A stretch of DNA of 61,609 nucleotides, filler included. It is 4 parts of 4 records of this genome, joined end to end, with 100 filler letters (N's around TTAATTAATTAA, not from the genome) between each part and the next. Parts side by side here need not be neighbours in the genome. Positions count along the whole stretch, not along the records: positions 29,088 to 44,663 come from SRR22947727_4996; positions 44,764 to 61,609 come from SRR22947727_4999; 2 more parts are not named here. One strand, written 5' to 3'. The translations under genes were made by a program, and so were the position numbers. This document shows, in pieces, positions 39,037-49,723 of the stretch. Position 1 is the stretch's first letter. Each line of letters begins with the position of its first letter. The notes beneath the pieces are model-generated. The model made no database searches. It was given only the letters and a program-made list of their open reading frames with translations, and was not told the origin of the DNA.

Positions 39037-41127
39037 ATGGCGTTTTTAGTTAGTCCAGGTGTGCAAATCGTAGAAAAAGATCTAACCAACATTATCCCAG
39101 CGGTGGCAACATCGATTGGTGGTTTTGCTGGTAAATTTGAATGGGGCCCAGCACTAGATGTGACTACTGTGTCTTCTGAAAAAGATCTTATTGCTAAGTT
39201 TGGATACCCTAAAATTTCAACAAATGATGCATCAAGCACAAGAGATGATTGGTATTCAGCTGCTAACTTTCTAGGCTATGCTAATCAGTTACAAATTGTT
39301 AGAGCAATATCAGATGGAGCAAGAAATGCTGCATCAGAACCAGTAGTTGGTTCTTCATCTACTATCTCGGTTGTACTGTCAGGTACTCCAAGCAGCACTG
39401 GATTTACACTTAACGTAAATGGTAGTTCTGTTTCAGCTTCTTTTACAGCTGATGACACTTCATTGGGTTCTGTAGCAGATGCATTAAGAGAAGCTCTAGA
39501 CTCAGATGGTTTTGGATCTGTTACCATCGACTCAGATGGTATTGCTGGTATTGTTGATCCAACTGTAAAATATGCAGCTTCAGGTATCACATTACCAACT
39601 GCACAGACAGTTAATGGTGTTACATTTACATTCTTTGTAAACACTGATTTATCTACAACAGCAACAACACTAACATCAGCTCAGCTAAACAATCTGGATG
39701 ATTTCTTAGTTGAAAAAACAACTCTTGTTAATGGTAGTGTGTATGCAAGATATCCTGGTGCACTAGGAAACAGCATTGGTATCATCATGATGGATGCTTC
39801 TATGGCTGATTCGGACTTCAAAAATACTCCTTTGTTTGGAACAACAACAGGAGCTAGCTTATTTGATACTGTACCTTCTACAAGTACATGGGGTTCAACA
39901 TATACTAATACACCACAAGATGAGATGCATATTATTATATACACAACCAACACACTAATTACTGGTGCAGCAAATGAGGTACTTGAGACATATGGTTATG
40001 TGTCAAAAGCTAAGAATGCTAAGACAGCAGATGGTGGACCAAACTATTATGTAGATTTAATTAACAATTCATCACAGTGGGTCTACCTTCTTAACGAAGA
40101 AACATCAGCTCAAAGCGGTACCATTACTGGTTTTACAACAATTGGTTCTCAACTAACTAGCTTGACTGGTAATTTAAGATTCAATTATCTTTCAACAAAC
40201 GCTTCACTAACAGGTGTTAGAAAGTATAACTTGGATGGTGGTAATGATGGATTAACAGTAACAGATGGTAATTATACATCAGCTTATGATCTTCTTGCCG
40301 ATGATCAAACAGTAGATGTTAATTTGCTTATTACTGGCGAAAGATCGAAAACAGTTAGCAAATATGTTATAACAATAGCTGAGACTAGAAAAGATGCAAT
40401 TGCATTCTGTTCACCAGATTACTCTTCATCAGTTAACAATCCTTCGGCGGAAAAAGTTATTAATTATTTTTCAGACTTCAATTCAAGTTCTTATGCTGTA
40501 TTTGATTCAGGATACAAAAGACAGTATGATAGATATAACGATGAGTATTTTTGGATTCCTCTCAACGCCGACACTGCAGGTCTAACAGCTAGAACTGAGT
40601 TTACAAATGAAGCATGGTTCTCACCTGCTGGTTTGAATAGAGGATTTATTAACAATGTTGTTAAGTTATCTTTCAATCCAAGTCAGACAGACAGAGATCA
40701 ACTTTATCCAAACAGAATTAACCCTGTAGTAACATTCAGAGGACAAGGTACACTTCTTTATGGAGATAAGACAGCGTTGTCAAGACCTTCAGCCTTTGAT
40801 AGAATTAATGTTCGTAGATTGTTTATTGTTCTACAAAAAGCAATTGCAACAGCAGCTAAGTTCCAGTTGTTTGAGTTTAATGATGACCTTACAAGAAGAA
40901 CATTTGTTAATGCAGTAGAGCCTTTCTTAGCTGAAGTACAAGCTAGAAGAGGTTTGACTGACTATAGAGTTGTCTGTGATACATCTAATAACACAGGTCA
41001 AGTTATTGACGGCAATCAATTTGTTGCTGATATCTACCTGAAGCCAGCGCGCTCAATTAACTTCATTACATTGAATTTTGTTGCGGTAAGAACTGGTGTA
41101 TCATTTAGTGAGGTAGCAGGAGCTTAA
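39037..41127 (+). CDS. gp18: T4-like tail sheath protein
   Basis: LVSPGVQIVEKDLT, FEWGP, WFSPAG.NRG, FDRINVRRLF, FEFND, KPARSINFITLNFVA. Confidence 0.96.
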   Translation: MAFLVSPGVQIVEKDLTNIIPAVATSIGGFAGKFEWGPALDVTTVSSEKDLIAKFGYPKISTNDASSTRDDWYSAANFLGYANQLQIVRAISDGARNAASEPVVGSSSTISVVLSGTPSSTGFTLNVNGSSVSASFTADDTSLGSVADALREALDSDGFGSVTIDSDGIAGIVDPTVKYAASGITLPTAQTVNGVTFTFFVNTDLSTTATTLTSAQLNNLDDFLVEKTTLVNGSVYARYPGALGNSIGIIMMDASMADSDFKNTPLFGTTTGASLFDTVPSTSTWGSTYTNTPQDEMHIIIYTTNTLITGAANEVLETYGYVSKAKNAKTADGGPNYYVDLINNSSQWVYLLNEETSAQSGTITGFTTIGSQLTSLTGNLRFNYLSTNASLTGVRKYNLDGGNDGLTVTDGNYTSAYDLLADDQTVDVNLLITGERSKTVSKYVITIAETRKDAIAFCSPDYSSSVNNPSAEKVINYFSDFNSSSYAVFDSGYKRQYDRYNDEYFWIPLNADTAGLTARTEFTNEAWFSPAGLNRGFINNVVKLSFNPSQTDRDQLYPNRINPVVTFRGQGTLLYGDKTALSRPSAFDRINVRRLFIVLQKAIATAAKFQLFEFNDDLTRRTFVNAVEPFLAEVQARRGLTDYRVVCDTSNNTGQVIDGNQFVADIYLKPARSINFITLNFVAVRTGVSFSEVAGA

Positions 41128-41128
41128 C

Positions 41129-41755
41129 ATGACAGTACGTATTGATGATTTCAAAACAGCATTAGCTGGTGGCGGAGCTAGAGCCAATCTATTCAGAGTT
41201 AATTGTAACTGGCCAAACGGTGCAATTCAAGGGGACGCTAATAATCCTTTTGGCGCCGCAGAGACAGAAGCTCTAAGTTCGTTTATGATTAAGTCGGCAG
41301 CAATGCCTGCTAGGTCTATTGGTTCAGTTTTAGTACCTTTTAGAGGAAGGCAATTGAAAGTTACTGGTGATACAGTATACGACGACTGGGCAATTACTAT
41401 CCTAAACGACAACAACTTTGCCGTAAGAAATGCTTTCGAAAGATGGCAAGATGCGATAAATGGTGCAGCAACTAACATCTCAGGTAATGGTGTTGACGCA
41501 GGTACTTTTGATTCATATGTTTCAAATTTAGAAATTGAACAATTGAGTCGGACTGGTGCAGTGATCAAACGCTATGTGATCGTTGGGGCTTGGCCTACTG
41601 TAGTTGATTCAATTGGTGTTTCATACGACAGTACAGATCAAATTGAAGAGTTTGGAGTTACATTTAGTTATCAGTGGTGGGAGGCTAACACTACAGTTGC
41701 TCCTACATCAGGTAGAACTACTGCCGACATTGTTACACCATCTGTAACCTCTTAA
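41129..41755 (+). CDS. gp19: T4-like tail tube protein
   Basis: GGGARANLF, VPFRGRQLKVTGD, FERWQ, IEEFGVTFSYQWWE. Confidence 0.95.
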   Translation: MTVRIDDFKTALAGGGARANLFRVNCNWPNGAIQGDANNPFGAAETEALSSFMIKSAAMPARSIGSVLVPFRGRQLKVTGDTVYDDWAITILNDNNFAVRNAFERWQDAINGAATNISGNGVDAGTFDSYVSNLEIEQLSRTGAVIKRYVIVGAWPTVVDSIGVSYDSTDQIEEFGVTFSYQWWEANTTVAPTSGRTTADIVTPSVTS

Positions 41756-41783
41756 TCTCTTCATTATATAATGAGGAGCCCTT

Positions 41784-43370
41784 ATGGCTATACAAAAAGA
41801 AGATCTCTTTGGGTTTGAATTAGTTCAAAGTAAGAACGAGAAACCAGAAGCGTCACCAATTCCAAGACCACTTGAAGACGGTACAGATCTTCCTGTTGGT
41901 GGAAGGATTGGTTACACTTATGAGCAACATACTAAAGCTAGAAATGAACATGCTTTAATTGCTCAATATAGAGATATTTCCTTTTACCCTGAAGCAGATT
42001 CAGCTATTGATGATATTGTTAACGAAGCTTTCACTACTGAACATGAAAGACAAGCAGTAACAATTCGTCTTGACTTGCTTAATATCAATGATAGAATTAA
42101 AGAAATTATTAGAGAAGAGTTTAAGAATACTCTTCATCTATTGAAGTTTCAAAAAAAGAACTATGATATTTTTAGACAATGGTACATTGACGGTAGAATA
42201 TATTTTCAAGTTATTGTTGATCAAAAAGATACAAAATCTGGTATTAAAGAACTTCGTCCAGTAGATTCTTTGAAGATTAAAAGAAACTTGATTCCTGAAT
42301 ATGGTAAGGACCCAAGAACAGGTGCTCCTTTACTAGTAAAAGTTGAAGAGTTTTTTGAATATTCACCAGACGGTAATGCACAGAATGGTGTTAAACTTTC
42401 AAAAGATTCGATTATATTTTGTCCTTCAGGTCTCGTTGATAGAAATAAAGGACAGATAGTTGGTTATCTTGACAAGGCAATCAAACCTTTTAACAATTTA
42501 CGTTCGATGGAAGATGCACTTATTGTATATCGTATTGCAAGAGCACCTGAAAGAAGAATCTTTTACGTTGATGTGGGTACACTTCCTAAGATTAAAGCTG
42601 AAACATATCTTAGAGATATGATGAATAGATACAGAAACAAAATTGACTACAACCCTAACACAGGAGAAGTACGTGACTCTAGAAAATTTATGTCAATGCT
42701 TGAAGACTTCTGGCTCCCTCGTAGAGAAGGTTCGCGCGGTACAGAAATTTCGACACTCCCTGGAGGACAGAATCTTGGAGACCTTGATGACGTCAATTAC
42801 TTCAAAGAGAAGTTGTACCAATCGCTCAATGTCCCAACATCAAGAATCAACCAAGACAACAACTTCCAACTCGGAAGAGCATCAGACATCTCAAGAGATG
42901 AAATCAAATTCAGTAAGTTCATTAAAAGAATAAGAAAACAATTTGCAGAAGTTTTTAATGAAATACTTAGAGTCCAGTTGGTACTTAAAGGTGTTTGCAC
43001 TACACACGAGTTTGAAGAGATGAGACAATATATCTCATATGATTTCTTGAAAGATATGCACTTTGATCAGTTAAAGCAAGTTGAACTTCTCAATGATCAG
43101 CTTGGTGTTCTAAGAGATGCTTCAGAGTATGTTGGTAAGTACTTCTCTATGGAGTATGTAAGAAAAGTTATTCTAGGTCAGACCGAAGAAGATATTGCTA
43201 GAATTGATAACGAAATAATGAATGAGATTGAAAAAGAACAGATAAAATCTCAAGATGATCTTGATTGGAGATCAGGTGAACCAATGGAAGCACATGACGG
43301 GCCTATATCCTTTGAGTTTACTGATTCTGAGAAAGATGTTGTTAAAATAAATAATCAAATGAAAGATTAA
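41784..43370 (+). CDS. gp20: T4-like portal vertex protein
   Basis: WYIDGR, EDALIVYRIARAPERRIFYVDVG, EDFWLPRREG.RGTEISTLPGG. Confidence 0.97.
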   Translation: MAIQKEDLFGFELVQSKNEKPEASPIPRPLEDGTDLPVGGRIGYTYEQHTKARNEHALIAQYRDISFYPEADSAIDDIVNEAFTTEHERQAVTIRLDLLNINDRIKEIIREEFKNTLHLLKFQKKNYDIFRQWYIDGRIYFQVIVDQKDTKSGIKELRPVDSLKIKRNLIPEYGKDPRTGAPLLVKVEEFFEYSPDGNAQNGVKLSKDSIIFCPSGLVDRNKGQIVGYLDKAIKPFNNLRSMEDALIVYRIARAPERRIFYVDVGTLPKIKAETYLRDMMNRYRNKIDYNPNTGEVRDSRKFMSMLEDFWLPRREGSRGTEISTLPGGQNLGDLDDVNYFKEKLYQSLNVPTSRINQDNNFQLGRASDISRDEIKFSKFIKRIRKQFAEVFNEILRVQLVLKGVCTTHEFEEMRQYISYDFLKDMHFDQLKQVELLNDQLGVLRDASEYVGKYFSMEYVRKVILGQTEEDIARIDNEIMNEIEKEQIKSQDDLDWRSGEPMEAHDGPISFEFTDSEKDVVKINNQMKD

Positions 43371-43371
43371 T

Positions 43372-44394
43372 ATGCCTTTACCTTATAGTAAACAAGAGTT
43401 AGCAGATTGGATTTTACGTAGACTTGGCGCGCCAGTTGTCAACGTTGAAATTGCAGACGTGCAACTTGAAGACTGTATTGATGAGGCTGTTCAGTTTTTT
43501 CATCAGTATCATTATGATGGTACTATAAGATCATATAGAACTATAAAAGTTGACACAAATTTAATTAATCGTAACAAGAGAATACACCAAAACCTTACTG
43601 CTGAGTTGTTTGATTCAGATAAGCTACAAGACTATCGTATTGGTGATAGAGTTATGTTTAAGAAAGATAATGTACAAGGTAAAAGAATATATATAAAAAA
43701 TGATTCTGAGCAAGCAGTGTACGATGAAGAAGGTACAGTCATTTCTCAACAAGATGGTTTTCACCAATTCTTTGAAGAAGAAAATGTTTTGCTTGAAGAT
43801 GAAAATATTATCATTACACCAAACGGACAAATGGGTATCAGAGTTCCAGACGATATATATTCTGTTACAAAAGTTCATAAAGTTGATTCATTTACACATG
43901 CAGGAATGTATAACTTTGAATATCAATACTTCCTTAACAACTTTGATATGTTTTACGGTACCGCACAAGGAACAGGACTATCTAATTATTACACACAAAA
44001 ATTAAATGTTGAACACATCGATTTCTTACTTAACACTGCACCAGCTATTAGATTCAATGCTTATAGAAGCAGATTATATTTGGATGTAGATTGGGAAAGA
44101 ATTAGTAAAGGTAAGAATAGAGGAGATTTTTATTTGCTTTGCGAAGTCTATGAGATTGCAGATCCAGAGACAACAGGTGAAGTATATAAAAACACGTGGT
44201 TGAAAAGATACTCAACTGCATTAGCAAAGCAGCAGTGGGGTTCAAATCTGAAGAAATATCAGAATACAGAACTACCAGGTGGTGTACAATTAGACGGTCA
44301 AGGCTTATGGCAAGAGGCGACTACAGAAATCCAGGAGTTAGAAGAGGAGCTTAAGAATGCTACTCTTGAAATGGATTCAATACTATGGGGATGA
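43372..44394 (+). CDS. gp13: T4-like neck protein
   Basis: ILRRLGAPVVNVEI..Q..DCIDEA; WLKRYSTALAKQQWG.NL.KY....LPGGVQLDG. Confidence 0.92.
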   Translation: MPLPYSKQELADWILRRLGAPVVNVEIADVQLEDCIDEAVQFFHQYHYDGTIRSYRTIKVDTNLINRNKRIHQNLTAELFDSDKLQDYRIGDRVMFKKDNVQGKRIYIKNDSEQAVYDEEGTVISQQDGFHQFFEEENVLLEDENIIITPNGQMGIRVPDDIYSVTKVHKVDSFTHAGMYNFEYQYFLNNFDMFYGTAQGTGLSNYYTQKLNVEHIDFLLNTAPAIRFNAYRSRLYLDVDWERISKGKNRGDFYLLCEVYEIADPETTGEVYKNTWLKRYSTALAKQQWGSNLKKYQNTELPGGVQLDGQGLWQEATTEIQELEEELKNATLEMDSILWG

Positions 44395-44409
44395 AATAAT
44401 AAATAAATC

Positions 44410-44571
44410 ATGGTTAATATAAAAGATTTTATTACTGCTGAAGACAAAGATGAGTTCAATTCACATATTAAAAGTGAAATTACTCAGCGCGTCATGATGA
44501 AGTTAGAAGACATGAAACGTGACATGGCCAAAGACTATTTGAAGAGAGACGATGAAAATGAATCTCATTGA
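44410..44571 (+). CDS. Small protein, prohead core gp67-like
   Basis: Manual translation MVNIKDFITAEDKDEFNSHIKSEITQRVMMKLEDMKRDMAKDYLKRDDENESH*. AATAAATA at 44398-44405. Size and helical pattern resemble gp67. Confidence 0.5.
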   Translation: MVNIKDFITAEDKDEFNSHIKSEITQRVMMKLEDMKRDMAKDYLKRDDENESH

Positions 44572-44663
44572 GTGGAAAAAATATCAAACTCTTACTATGA
44601 GAGAAGAGTTAAAGAGCCAAATGAAAGAAGGTTTCGACTTTACTAATCATTTTCTGTTTTCTG
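44552..44663 (+). CDS. Phage hypothetical protein, 3'-truncated
   Basis: Open frame MKMNLIEWKKYQTLTMREELK... running into the gap. Confidence 0.4.
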
Positions 44664-44763
44664 NNNNNNNNNNNNNNNNNNNNNNNNNNNNNNNNNNNNN
44701 NNNNNNNTTAATTAATTAANNNNNNNNNNNNNNNNNNNNNNNNNNNNNNNNNNNNNNNNNNNN
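44664..44763. other. Artificial contig-joining spacer
   Basis: N44 + TTAATTAATTAA + N44. Confidence 0.98.
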
Positions 44764-45429
44764 ATCCAGGTCGTAGAAGTTCACCGGAATGCCGGCCACG
44801 GAGGTGCCCAGGGAGCGGCTTTCGATTTCTTCGAAGGTTTGGGTGAGAATTTCTGCTGTGGGAGTAAGCCCTTTGGAGGGCTTTTCTTGGCTGATGGCAA
44901 AAATCGTTTGCTCGGCTTGATCGAGCACCTGCTCCATTGGCAGGCTTTGATCGAAACCCAGCTTGATCACTTCATTGCCCGAACGGATCAACTGGCGGCG
45001 CAGGAACTTGTCCATCACCAGGCGAGCCACCTGCTCAATCGAGGCTGTGGAGCTCACGCGCTCCACCAGTTCAATCAGTCGGCCATTGCCACCAACTTTT
45101 TCAAGCGATCCCGTGTCCGCGAGCCAGGCGGTCATCGAAGTGAGATCGGTCGGTTTGCCCTGGCCATGCAGCATCAAAGCCGTACGGAACATCTCCCGAT
45201 GGGCGTTGAGGTAAAACGCTTCGGGCTGCAGGATGTCGGCAACCCGGCCAATGGCGTCTGGATCGAGCAAGATCCCACCCAACACCGCTTCCTCGGCCTC
45301 AATATTCTGGGGTGGAACCGAATCGGGAAGCCCTTCAAAACTCGGCTCTTGATTGCGGCGTTCGCGTCCGTAACCCGAGCGTCCCCCTTTGGTCGATTCG
45401 TCGTTGTCTGACTGGGGGGCGCTCACCAT
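44764..45429 (-). CDS. dnaB: Replicative DNA helicase, N-terminal part (truncated by gap)
   Basis: PPQNIEAEEAVLGGILLD, FYLNAH, GIPVNFYDLD. Follows rplI. Confidence 0.95.
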
Positions 45430-45490
45430 GGCGGCAAGGTGCAGCTAAGAGTGATTCCACTCTGGCCGAACCGAGCCCATTCGCTGCAAA

Positions 45491-45949
45491 TCAGTAGCTC
45501 ACCACTTCGAGGTTGATTTCGGCGGTCACTTCGCTGTGAAGCTTCACCGTCACGGTGTACTTGCCGGTGCGGTGGATTTCAGGCACCAGGATGTCGCGGC
45601 GATCGATCTCCTTCTTGGTCGACTCTTCGATCACCTCAGCAACGTCGCCGTTGGTCACGGTGCCGAACAGCACGTTGTCTTCGCCAACCTGCTTCTTCAC
45701 GGTGAAGCGACCGATGGTATCGAGAGCTGTCTTGAAGTTCAGCGCTTCTTGCTTTAGGGCTGCTTGACGCTCAACTTCCTTGGCACGGCGGTGCTCCACC
45801 TGCTTCATCACCGCAGGGGTGACGGGCACAGCTTTGCCGAAGGGCAGCAGGAAATTCCGGGCATAGCCAGGGGCTACGTCCACGAGATCTCCGTCCTTGC
45901 CGAGGCTGAGGATGTCCTCGTTCAGAACGACTTGTACGCGTTTGGGCAT
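45491..45949 (-). CDS. rplI: 50S ribosomal protein L9
   Basis: [33 protein letters not shown]. Confidence 0.97.
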   Translation of the reverse strand: MPKRVQVVLNEDILSLGKDGDLVDVAPGYARNFLLPFGKAVPVTPAVMKQVEHRRAKEVERQAALKQEALNFKTALDTIGRFTVKKQVGEDNVLFGTVTNGDVAEVIEESTKKEIDRRDILVPEIHRTGKYTVTVKLHSEVTAEINLEVVSY

Positions 45950-46209
45950 GGGACTGCGACCGACAACGACTACGGGGCGATCCGGAATATTACGACCTCG
46001 GCTGTTCCATTGATGGATCGAGAGCTTGGGCTTTGGGATCTCCTAAACAAAAAGCAGACGATTTTCGATCTAGATTTAATAGATCAGTGGTTGATCACCG
46101 AATACAAAAGGTTCTATTATTGACTGGTTGAATGGTCTATTTATTAATTTATAGGTATAAATGTTTACCGGCTGATGTGATTTAAGCTGAGCACAATCTC
46201 TGCCTCTGG

Positions 46210-47145
46210 TTATGCAGGCTTGATGGGTAGGCGGATGTTTTTGGCCAGCCCGAGAGCTCGCATCAAGCGAATATGTTCCCAGGTGAGGTCGATTTGTCCT
46301 TTCTGGAGTCCGTGGCATGCGGAGTGGGGGAAGGCGTGATGGTTGTTATGCCAACCCTCGCCAAAGGTGAGGGCCGCCACCCATTTGTTATTGCGGGAGG
46401 CATCGCCGCTGTCGTAGGCGATGGTTCCCCAGCAGTGGGTGGCTGAGTTCACAAGCCAGGTCACGTGATAAACGAGCACAAGCCTTAAGGGGATGCCCCA
46501 AAGCACCAAGGCCCACCCTCCAGCGCCGGTGATGGAGCCGATCACAAACAGCAGAAACGCCAGAGGAAATTGCAGATAGAGGAAATTGCGGTTGAGCCAG
46601 CGGTAATACGGATCGCTGCTGAGGTCGCCACTGAGGCGCGGGATCGCCTGCATGGCAGGAATCGTTTCAAACATCCAGCCCATATGGCTCCACCAGAAGC
46701 CTCGATGGCTGTTGTGGTGATCCGCATCCGTGTCTGAAAACTTGTGGTGGTGGCGATGCAGACCGGCCCAGGTGATCGGCCCTTGCTGGCAGCTCAAGGC
46801 ACCGCAGGTGGCGAAAAATCGCTCCAACCATTTGGGAACCCGAAACGACCGGTGAGACAGCAGTCGGTGGTAACCGATCGTGACTCCGAGGCAGGCTGTA
46901 GCCCAGTACAAAATGCCGAGGGTGAGAACGGCTTGCCAGCTCCAGAAACGCGGCAATAGAGCCACCATCGCGGAGGCATGCAACACCACCATGAACACGA
47001 TGGTTCCCCGGCGTGGGCTTTGGGAGGGAGCTGCGGATCGCCCCCCTTTGCGACGCACGTGGAGTAAGCCAGCACGTTTTAAAGCCTTGTGAGACGTGAC
47101 CGGCCGGCTCGGTGGAGATGGCGCTCGGTTCACGTCAGATATCAC
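46210..47145 (-). CDS. desC: Delta-9 acyl-lipid desaturase
   Basis: His boxes HRLLSH, HRHHH, GEGWHNNHH. Confidence 0.9.
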   Translation of the reverse strand: MISDVNRAPSPPSRPVTSHKALKRAGLLHVRRKGGRSAAPSQSPRRGTIVFMVVLHASAMVALLPRFWSWQAVLTLGILYWATACLGVTIGYHRLLSHRSFRVPKWLERFFATCGALSCQQGPITWAGLHRHHHKFSDTDADHHNSHRGFWWSHMGWMFETIPAMQAIPRLSGDLSSDPYYRWLNRNFLYLQFPLAFLLFVIGSITGAGGWALVLWGIPLRLVLVYHVTWLVNSATHCWGTIAYDSGDASRNNKWVAALTFGEGWHNNHHAFPHSACHGLQKGQIDLTWEHIRLMRALGLAKNIRLPIKPA

Positions 47146-47305
47146 TTTGTTCGTTCACTTTTCATTGTTTATAACCGATCAGCTTTCCTACATAGGGATT
47201 GCTCTTGGCTCAGTAGCCCATCACGACAGGGCAAGGCTGATTGTTAAGGCTTGCCCCTTGCCTCCCATCGATCGGCCACATCTTGGGGGAGGCTTGGCAC
47301 GCAAT

Positions 47306-47339
47306 AAAAAACCCTGGAGGATGTCTCATCTACCAGGGT
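47306..47339 (-). terminator. Rho-independent terminator after the upstream desC
   Basis: accctgg...ccagggt hairpin with an A run on the left (T run on the minus strand). Confidence 0.65.
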
Positions 47340-47362
47340 GAAAATTGCAAGGAATGAACCTT

Positions 47363-48298
47363 TTAAGGGTTGTACGTGGCTTCACGGACCCGTCTTGCGA
47401 GGCCAAACCGTTTTAAGAGGCGAACGTGCTGCCAAGTGATATCAAATTCAAACCAGCGCAGGCCATGGCGTGCACTTGCAGGGTGCGCATGGTGGTTGTT
47501 GTGCCAACCCTCTCCAAACGAGAGCACGGCCACCCACCAGCAATTCCGCGAGAGGTCGGGTGAATCAAAATTGCGATATCCGAAGGCGTGGGTCGCTGAG
47601 TTCACCAGCCAAGTGACGTGATACACGACCACGAGTCGTAGGGGGATGGCCCAAAGAACGAGCCCCAATCCGCCGCCATGGACTTGTGCAGCTTCGCCAT
47701 ACCAGTACAAGCCCAAGCCCAGGGGGATTTGAAGCAGCAAGAACCAGCGATCGAGCCAGCGGTAAAAGGGATCACATTGAAGATCTCCTGCGTAGCGATC
47801 GAGTTCTTTCAGTGCGGGAATCTCATGGAGCATCCATTCGCTATGGCTCCACCACAACCCGCGTCCAGCATCGTGATGGTCTGTGGGTTGATCGGAGAAG
47901 CGGTGGTGATGGCGGTGAAGCCCAACCCATTCGATCGGTCCGCTCTGGCACGCGAGCGTGCCCATGATCACCAGAACGCGTTCCAGCCAAACGGGAACCA
48001 CAAGGCTGCGGTGCGCCACCAAACGGTGTAATCCGAGGGTGACCCCCAGAACGGTCATCCAATACAGAACACCGAAGGCAACAATCGCCTGCCAGCTCCA
48101 AAACTGAGGGAGCAAGGCCACGGTGGCCAGGATGTGATTCACCAGCATGAAGCCGGTGGTTCCTGTTTTTAAACGCCTTTGACGGGTAGGCAATGGCCCG
48201 CGGGGGCCCGTTACAGCAGCCCTAACGCGAAGCTCGCGGCTATCAGCTGGTTGCGAGGAAACCAATCGGAATCTCCTGGAATCGACAGTGCCGCTCAA
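47363..48298 (-). CDS. desC: Delta-9 acyl-lipid desaturase (second paralog)
   Basis: His boxes HRLVAH, HRHHH, GEGWHNNHH. Confidence 0.9.
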   Translation of the reverse strand: MSGTVDSRRFRLVSSQPADSRELRVRAAVTGPRGPLPTRQRRLKTGTTGFMLVNHILATVALLPQFWSWQAIVAFGVLYWMTVLGVTLGLHRLVAHRSLVVPVWLERVLVIMGTLACQSGPIEWVGLHRHHHRFSDQPTDHHDAGRGLWWSHSEWMLHEIPALKELDRYAGDLQCDPFYRWLDRWFLLLQIPLGLGLYWYGEAAQVHGGGLGLVLWAIPLRLVVVYHVTWLVNSATHAFGYRNFDSPDLSRNCWWVAVLSFGEGWHNNHHAHPASARHGLRWFEFDITWQHVRLLKRFGLARRVREATYNP

Positions 48299-48433
48299 AA
48301 AGGAAAACTAGGGAGCGGATGGTGCCGTTGATAACAGAAATCTAAAGGAGTTCTCGCCTTGCAGCGGATCAGCGTGATTAAGGCGAGAGCGCAGCATGGA
48401 GCCTGGGAACGGTTCCAACACAGGGAGGCCCTG

Positions 48434-49705
48434 GTGACGAGCGCGATTGCAAGGAAGCTGATCGATTCTGTGAGCCAGCAGCAGGCGCCCCTAGCTGCGC
48501 AGCGAACATCTGCGGTGGAACAACGCTTGCAGCGTGTTTTGGCTGCGTTTGCTGCGGAGCGGTTGGGGACGCAGCACTTTGCTTCCCTCACTGGCTACGG
48601 CCATGGAGATCAGGGCCGTGATCTGGTGGATCGAGTGTTTGCCAGGGTTCTTGGGGCTGAGGCAGCAGCGGTGCGGATGCAGTTCGTCAGTGGCACCCAC
48701 GCGATAACGGCAGCGTTGTTTGGCGTGCTGCGGCCTGGTGATCGTTTGCTTTCAATCACCGGTCGTCCCTACGACACTCTTGAGGAAGTCATTGGTTTAA
48801 GGGGGACGGGTCAGGGTTCGTTGGCCGATTTTGGGATCGATTACGACGAAGTGCCGTTAACGCCTGAGGGCGTTGTGGATCGGGTGGGTCTGGATCAGGC
48901 GCTGGCTCTGCCTCAGCGCATGGTCTTGATTCAACGCAGTTGTGGCTACAGCTGGCGCCCGTCGTTGTCGGTGAAGGAAGTCGGTGAGCTCTGCGCGCTC
49001 ATTCATGCGCGGCAGCCCGATTGCATCTGTTTTGTCGACAATTGCTATGGGGAATTGGTGCAGGACTGTGAGCCGCCCGAGGTGGGAGCCGATCTCGTGG
49101 CGGGGTCGTTGATTAAGAACCTTGGCGGCACCATCGCCCCAACCGGCGGTTACGTCGCCGGCCGGGCAGACCTGGTGGACCAGGCCTGTTGTCGATTGAC
49201 GGCCCCTGGCATCGGTCGAGAAGGTGGCACGGGATTTGATCTGCAGCGCCTTGTCTTGCAGGGATTGTTTTTGGCTCCACAAATGGTGGCTGAGGCGTTG
49301 ATTGGTGCGGATCTCGTGGCCGGCGTGTTTGAGCGGCTTGGCTTCGCCGTTCAACCGAGGCCAGGTGCTGTGCGAAGCGACTTGATCCAGGCGGTTTGTC
49401 TGGGTAGTCCGGAGGCTTTGAAAACGGTTTGCCGAGCGTTTCAAGCCTGTTCACCGGTGGGGGCTTATCTGGATCCAGTGCCGGCCGCAATGCCTGGCTA
49501 TGCCAGTGATTTGATGATGGCTGGCGGCACCTTTATCGACGGATCAACGAGCGAATTTTCCGCTGATGCTCCTCTGCGAGAGCCTTTCAATTTGTTTGTT
49601 CAAGGCGGCACTCACCGTGCCCATATCCAGCTGGCCTTGGCGGAAGCCCTCACGGCACTTGATGCGGCGGGACTGATCAATCTCCCTCAAACTGAGATCA
49701 TCTAA
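48434..49705 (+). CDS. Methionine gamma-lyase family / aluminium-resistance (YnbB-like) PLP protein
   Basis: TGYGHGDQGR, FVSGTHAI, FVDNCYGE, GSLIKNLGG. GTG start at 48434 with a GGGAGG RBS. Confidence 0.88.
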   Translation: MTSAIARKLIDSVSQQQAPLAAQRTSAVEQRLQRVLAAFAAERLGTQHFASLTGYGHGDQGRDLVDRVFARVLGAEAAAVRMQFVSGTHAITAALFGVLRPGDRLLSITGRPYDTLEEVIGLRGTGQGSLADFGIDYDEVPLTPEGVVDRVGLDQALALPQRMVLIQRSCGYSWRPSLSVKEVGELCALIHARQPDCICFVDNCYGELVQDCEPPEVGADLVAGSLIKNLGGTIAPTGGYVAGRADLVDQACCRLTAPGIGREGGTGFDLQRLVLQGLFLAPQMVAEALIGADLVAGVFERLGFAVQPRPGAVRSDLIQAVCLGSPEALKTVCRAFQACSPVGAYLDPVPAAMPGYASDLMMAGGTFIDGSTSEFSADAPLREPFNLFVQGGTHRAHIQLALAEALTALDAAGLINLPQTEII

Positions 49706-49723
49706 TTCACCTTCACCTGCCCG

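Noticed and set aside
12516-44763. Phage segments as prophages integrated in the Synechococcus chromosome
   Set aside because: All phage/host junctions are artificial gaps; no att sites or integrase are visible.
46210-48298. Tandem desC pair as a novelty
   Set aside because: Multiple delta-9 desaturases are ordinary in marine Synechococcus.
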